DNA of 64,000 bases from the human T2T-CHM13v2.0 reference genome, Homo sapiens: assembly GCF_009914755.1 (NCBI RefSeq), contig NC_060933.1; one strand, 5' to 3'. A program made the translations under genes and the position numbers. Below, one piece after another: positions 57,780 to 64,000 of the stretch (position 1 is its first letter; each line of letters begins with the position of its first letter). Below the pieces are notes generated by a model. The model was not told the origin of the DNA, searched no databases, and saw only the letters and a program-made list of their open reading frames with translations.

Positions 57780-58330
57780 AATTAACCCGAATAGAATGGA
57801 ATGGAATGGAATGGAACGGAACGGAATGGAATGGAATGGAATGGAATGGAATGGAATGGAACGGAAAGGAAGGGAATGGAATGGAATAGAATGGAATGGA
57901 ATGGAATCAACGCGAGTGCAGGGGAATGGAATGGAATGGAATGCAATGGAATGGAATCTTCCGGAATGGAATGGAATGGAATGGAATGGAATGGAATGGA
58001 ATGGAATGGAATAAACCCGAGTGCAATGGAATGGAGTGGAATGGAATGGAATGGAATGGAACAATCCGAATGGAATGGAATGGAACTAACCCGAATAGAA
58101 TGGAATGGAATGGAATGGAACGGAACGGAACGGAATGGAATGGATTGGAATGGAATGGAATGGAATGGAATGGAACGGAAAGGAATGGAATGGAATGGAA
58201 TGGAATGGAATGGAATGGAATGGAATCAACGCGAGTGCAGGGGAATGGAATGGAATGGAATGCAATGGAATGGAATCTTCCGGAATGGAATGGAATGGAA
58301 TGGAATGGAATGGAATGGAATGGAATGGAA
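57780..58330 (+). repeat. ~550 bp block (itself a ~305 bp internal tandem duplication) repeated at ~61,210-61,755
   Basis: The unique junction ACAATCCGAATGGAATGGAATGGAACTAACCCG lies at ~58,061 and ~61,493. ORF pairs 57801/61233 and 58105/61537 give an offset of 3,432. Confidence 0.8.
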
Positions 58331-61300
58331 TAAACCCGAGTGCAATGGAATGGAGTGGAATGGAATGGAATGGAATGGAACAACCCGAATGGAATGGAAT
58401 GTAATGGAGAGTAAGGGAGTTGAATAGAATCAATCCGAATGTAATAGAATGGAATGGAAGGGAATGGAATTGAATGGAATGGAATGGAATGCAATGGAAT
58501 GGAATCAACCCGAGTGCAATGGAATGGAGAGGAATGGAATGGAATGGAAAGCAAACTACCCGAATAGAATGGAATGTAATGGAGTCTAAGGGAATTGAAT
58601 AGAATCAATCCGAATGTAATGGAATGGAATGGAACGGAATGGAATGGAATGGAATGGAATGGAATGGAATGGAATGGAATGGAATGCAATGGAATGGAAT
58701 CAACCCGAGTGCAATCGAATGGAATCGAATGGAATGGAATGCAAAGGAATGGATTCAACTTGAATGGAATGGAAAGAATGGAATCAACACGAGTGGAATG
58801 GCATGGATTGGAATGGAATGGAATGGAATCAACCCGAGTACAGGGGAATGGAATGGAATGGAATGCAATGGAATGGAATCATCCGGAAGGGAATGGAAAG
58901 GAATGGAATGGAATGGAATGGAATGGAATGGAATGGAATGGAATCAACTCGATTGCAATCGAATGGAATCGAATGGAATTAACCCAAATAGAATGGAATG
59001 GAATGGAATGGAACGGAACGGAACGGAATGGAATGGAATGGAATGGAATGGAATGGAATCAACGCGAGTGCAGGGGAATGTAATGGAACGGAATGCAGTG
59101 GAATGGAATCATCCGGAATGGAATGGAATGGAATGGAATGGAATGGAATGGAATCAACCCGAGTGCAATGGAATGGAGTGGAATGGAATGGAATGGAATG
59201 GAACAACCCGAATAGAATGGAATGGAATGGAATTGAACGGAACGGAATGGAATGGAATGGAATGGAATGGAATGGAATGGAACGGAACGGAATGGATGGA
59301 ATAGAATGGAATGGAATGGAATGGAATCAACGCGAGTGCAGGGGAATGGAATGGAATGGAATGCAATGGAATGGAATCTTCCGGAATGGAATGGAATGGA
59401 ATGGAATGGAATGAAATGCAATGGATTCAACTCGAATGCAATGGAATGCAACAGAATGGAATGGAATGGAATGGAATGGAATGGAATTAACCCGAATAGA
59501 ATGGAATGGAATGGAATGGAATGGAATGGAATGGAATGATACGGAATAGAATGGAATGGAACGAAATGGAATGGAATGGAATGGAATGGAATGGAATGCA
59601 ATGGAATGGAATGGAATGGAATCGTTCCGAGTGGAATAGGAGGGAATGTATTCGAGTGGAATGGAAAGGAATGGAATCAACCAGAGTGGAATGGAAGGGA
59701 ATGGAATGGAATGGATACTAATAGAATGGAATCAACCCGAGTGGAATGGAATGGAAAGGACTGGAATGGAAAGGAATGGAATGGAATGGAATGAAATGGA
59801 ATGGAATGGAATGGAATCAACGCGAGTGTAGGGGAATGGAATGGAATCGAATGGAATGGAATGGAATGGAATGGAATCAACCCGAGTGCAGGGGAATGTA
59901 ATGGAACGGAATGCAATGGAATGGAATCATCCGGAATGGAATGGAATGGAATGGAATGGAATCAACCCAAGTGCAATTGAAAGGAGTGGAATGGAATGGA
60001 ATGGAATGGAACAATCCTAATGGAATGGAATGTAATGGAGAGTAAGGGAATTAAAAAGAATCAATCCGAATGTAATGGAATGGAATGGAACGGAATGGAA
60101 TTGAATGGAATGGAATGGAATGCAATGGAATGGAATCAACCCGAGTACAATGGAATGGAATGGATTGGAATGGAACGGAATGGAATGGAATGGAATGGAA
60201 TGGAATGGAATGGAATGGAATGCAGTGGAATGGAATCAACCGGAGTACAATGGAATGGAATGGAATGGAATGGAATGGAATGGAATGGAATGGAATGGAA
60301 TGGAATGGAATGATACGGAATAGAATGGAATGGAACGAAATGGAATGGAATGGAATGGAATGGAATGGAATGGAATGGAATGGAATGGAATGGAATGGAA
60401 TCATTCCGAGTGGAATAGGAGGGAATGTATTCGAGTGGAATGGAAAGGAATGGAATCAACCAGAGTGGAATGGAAGGGAATGGAATGGAATGGAAACTAA
60501 TAGAATGGAATCAACCCGAGTGGAATGGAATGGAAAGGACTGGAATGGAATGGAATGGAATGGAATCAACTCGATTGCAATGGAATGGAATGGAATGGAA
60601 TGGAATGGAATGGAATCAACCCGAGTGCAATGGAATGGAGTGGAATGGAATGGAATGGAATGGAACAACCCGAATGGAATGGAATGTAATGGAGAGTAAG
60701 GGAGTTGAATAGAATCAATCCGAATGTAATGGAATGGAATGGAACGGAATGGAATTGAATGGAATGGAATGTAATGCAATGGAATGGAATCAACCCGAGT
60801 GCAATGGAATGGAGAGGAATGGAATGGAATGGAATGGAAACTACCCGAATGGAATGGAATGTAATGGAGTGTAAGGGAATTGAATAGAATCAATCCGAAT
60901 GTAATGGAATGGAATGCAACGGAATGGAATGGAATGGAATGGAATGGAATGGAATGGAATGCAATGGAATGGAATCAACCCGAGTGCAATCGAATGGAAT
61001 CGAATGGAATGGAATGCAATGGAATGGATTCAACTTGAATGGAATGGAAAGAATGGAATCAACACGAGTGGAATGGCATGGCTTGGAATGGAATGGAATG
61101 GAATCAACCCGAGTACAGGGGAATGGAATGGAATGGAATGCAATGGAATGGAATCATCCGTAATGGAATGGAAAGGAATGGAATGGAATGGAATGGAATG
61201 GAATGGAATGGAATTAACCCGAATAGAATGGAATGGAATGGAATGGATCGGAACGGAATGGAATGGAATGGAATGGAATGGAATGGAATGGAAAGGAAAG

Positions 61301-64000
61301 GAAGGGAATGGAATGGAATAGAATGGAATGGAATGGAAACAACGCGAGTGCAGGGGAATGGAATGGAATAGAATGCAATGGAATGGAATCTTCCGGAATG
61401 GAATGGAATGGAATGGAATGGAATGGAATGGAATGGAATGGAATAAACCCGAGTGAAATGGAATGGAGTGGAATGGAATGGAATGGAATGGAACAATCCG
61501 AATGGAATGGAATGGAACTAACCCGAATAGAATGGAATGGAATGGAATGGAACGGAACGGAACGGAATGGAATGGATTGGAATGGAATGGAATGGAATGG
61601 AATGGATCGGAAAGGAATGCAATGGAATGGAATGGAATGGAATGGAATGGAATGGAAACAACGCGAGTGCAGGGGAATGGAATGGAATGGAATGCAATGG
61701 AATGGAATCTTCCGGAATGGAATGGAATGGAATGGAATGGAATGGAATGGAATGGAATTAACCCGAATACAATGGAATGGAATGGAATGGAATGGAATGG
61801 AATGGAATTAACCCGAACACAATGCAATGGAATGGAATGGAACAGAATGGAGTGGAATGGAATGGAATCAACCCGAGTGCAGAGGGAATGGAATGGAATG
61901 GAATGCAATGGAATGGAATCATCCGGAATGGAATGGAATAGAATGGAATGCAAAGCAATGGAATCAACTCGATTGCAATGGAATGGAATGGAATGGAAAG
62001 GAATACATTGGAATCAACCCGAGTGGAATGGAATAGAAAGGACTGGAATGGAATGGAATGGAATGGAACGGAATGGAATGGAATCAACTCGATTGGAATG
62101 GAATGGAATGGAATGGAATGGAATGGAATGGAATGGAATTAACCCGAATAGAATGGAATGGAATGGAATGGAACGGAACGGAACGGAACGGAATGGAATG
62201 GAATGGAAACAACCCGACTGCAGGGGAATGGAATGGAATGGAATGCAATGGAATGGATTCAACTTGAATGGAATGGAAACAATGGAATCAACACGAGTGG
62301 AATGGCATGGATTGGAATGGAATGGAATGGAATCAACCCGAGTACAGGGGAATGGAATGGAATGGAATGCAATGGAATGGAATCATCCGTAATGGAAGGG
62401 AAAGGAAAGGAATGGAATGGAATGGAATGGAATGGAATGGAATGGAATCAAATCGATTGCAACCGAATGGAATGGAATGGAATTAACCCGAATAGAATGG
62501 AATGGAATGGAATGGAACGGAACGGAACGGAATGGAATGGATTGGAATGGAATGGAATGGAACGGAAAGGAATGGAATGGAAAGGAATGGAATGGAATGG
62601 AATGGAATGGAATGGAATCAACGCGAGTGCAGGGGAATGGAATGGAATGGAATGCAATGGAATGGAATCTTCCGGAATGGAATGGAATGGAATGGAATAA
62701 ACCCGAGTGCAATGGAATGGAGTGGAATGGAATGGAATGGAATGGAACAACCCGAATGGAATGGAATGTAATGGAGAGTAAGGGAGTTGAATAGAGTCAA
62801 TCCGAATGTAATGGTATGGAATGGAACGGAATGGAATTGAATGGAATGGAATGGAATGCAATGGAATGGAATCAACCCGAGTTCAATGGAATGGAGAGGA
62901 ATGGAATGGAATGGAATGGAAACTACCCGAATGAAATGGAATGTAATGGAGTGTAAGGGAATTGAATAGAATCAATCCGAATGTAATGGAATGGAATGGA
63001 ACGGAATGGAATGAAATGGAATGGAATGGAATGGAATGGAATGGAATGGAATGGAATGCAATGGAATGGAATCAACCCGAGTGCAATCGAATGGAATCGA
63101 ATGGAAAGGAATGCAATGGAATGGATTCAACTTGAATGGAATGGAAAGAATGGAATCAACACGAGTGGAATGGCATGGATTGGAATGGAATGGAATGGAA
63201 TCAACCCGAGTACAGGGGAATGGAATGGAATGGAATGCAATGGAATTGAATGGAATGCAATGGAATGGAATCATCCGTAATGGAATGGAAAGGAATGGAA
63301 TGGAATGGAATGGAATGGAATCAACTCGATTGCAATCGAATGGAATGGAATGGAATTAACCCGAATAGAATGGAATGGAATGGAATGGAACGGAACGGAA
63401 CGGAACGCAGTGGAATGGAATGGAATGGAATTGTATGGAATGGAATGGCATGGTACGGAATAGAATGGAATGGAAAGAATTGGAATGGAATGGAATCGAA
63501 TGGAATGGAAAGGAATGGAATGGAATCAACCCGAGTACAGGGGAATGTAATGGAACGGAATGCAATGGAATGGAATCATCCGGAATGGAATGGAATGGAA
63601 TGGAATGGAGTCAACCCGAGTGCAATGGAATGGAGTGGAATGGAATGGAATGGAATGGAACAACCCGAATGGAATGGAATGTAATGGAGAGTAAGGGAGT
63701 TGAAAAGAATCAATCCGAACGTAATGGAATGGAATGGAACGGAATGGAATGGAATGGAATGGAATGGAATGGAATGGAATGCAATGGAATGGAATCAACC
63801 CGAGTACAATGGAATGGAATGGAATGGAATGGAATGGAATGGAATGGAATGCAATGGAATGGAATCTTCCGGAATGGAATGGAATGGAATGGAATGGAAT
63901 GGAATGGAATGGTTTCAGCTCGATTGCAATGGAATGAAATAGAATGGAATGGAATGGAATGGAATGGAATGGAATGGAATGGAATGGAATGGAATTAAAC

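Larger units (their letters stand above)
1..64000 (+). repeat. Classical satellite III (HSat3) array, (GGAAT)n/(ATTCC)n with interspersed CAACCCGA(G/A)T; pericentromeric or acrocentric-type heterochromatin
   Basis: The dominant GGAAT pentamer runs across the whole window in one orientation. The CAACCCGAGT/CAACCCGAAT decamer (reverse complement of the A(T/C)TCGGGTTG element that defines satellite III) recurs throughout. Long pure pentamer runs distinguish it from the more degenerate CATTCGATTC-rich HSat2. Confidence 0.97.

Noticed and set aside
10-63998. Hundreds of ORFs encoding MEWNG-repeat (+) or IPFHS-repeat (-) peptides, up to 370 aa (26634-27746, 48494-49486, 61463-62392)
   Set aside because: Pure (GGAAT)n has no stop codon in any frame on either strand and supplies an ATG every 5 bp, so long overlapping ORFs in all six frames are expected. 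There is no domain content or gene structure. Repeat-derived peptides from satellite transcripts cannot be inferred from sequence alone.
1-64000. CRISPR-like alternation of constant repeats and short variable inserts
   Set aside because: The inserts are a small recurring set of mutated pentamers in 5 bp phase rather than unique spacers. Repeat lengths vary, there are no cas genes, and the sequence is primate satellite.
1-64000. Assignment to a named array (DYZ1 3.56 kb, D15Z1 1.8 kb, 9q12) or HSat3 subfamily
   Set aside because: No regular 3.56 kb or 1.8 kb periodicity is evident, and subfamily calls need k-mer comparison with references, which I cannot run.
1-64000. Transposon insertions (Alu/L1), strand inversions or non-satellite islands
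   Set aside because: None were seen: no poly-A tails, no non-pentamer sequence longer than a module, and no switch to ATTCC on the + strand.
1-64000. Pathogenic (TGGAA)n expansion of the SCA31 type
   Set aside because: That is a few-kb insertion inside unique intronic sequence. This window is at least 64 kb of module-interspersed, diverged satellite with no unique flanks.

Overview
The whole 64 kb window is one uninterrupted block of human-type classical satellite III (HSat3; human or a closely related great ape). It is a (GGAAT)n pentamer array read on the purine-rich strand, interspersed with the diagnostic CAACCCGA(G/A)T decamer and related variant modules. I see no genes, RNA genes, transposon insertions, unique sequence or strand inversion. 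Every ORF in the track is the trivial MEWNG / IPFHS translation of the pentamer. The informative signal is the nested internal architecture. (1) A near-identical 10.6 kb tandem duplication (~3,470-14,080 / ~14,075-24,680) joins inside a pure GGAAT run; I found only three pentamer-count indels and one tight cluster of four substitutions between the copies. (2) A 3.92 kb tandem duplication has a first copy lacking 1,557 bp. (3) A three-copy mosaic block of 3.5-4.5 kb lies at ~24.8, 47.0 and 51.7 kb. (4) An underlying ~0.87 kb ancestral unit carries a module pair at a nearly invariant 175 bp spacing. (5) About 40 perfect three-unit heat-shock elements (GGAATCTTCCGGAAT = nGAAnnTTCnnGAAn) are embedded at a fixed module position. 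Chromosome and HSat3 subfamily cannot be assigned without alignment. All coordinates and counts were read by eye and from the ORF-track offsets; block ends that fall in pure GGAAT runs are uncertain by tens of bases. I found no protein-coding or RNA-gene system here.
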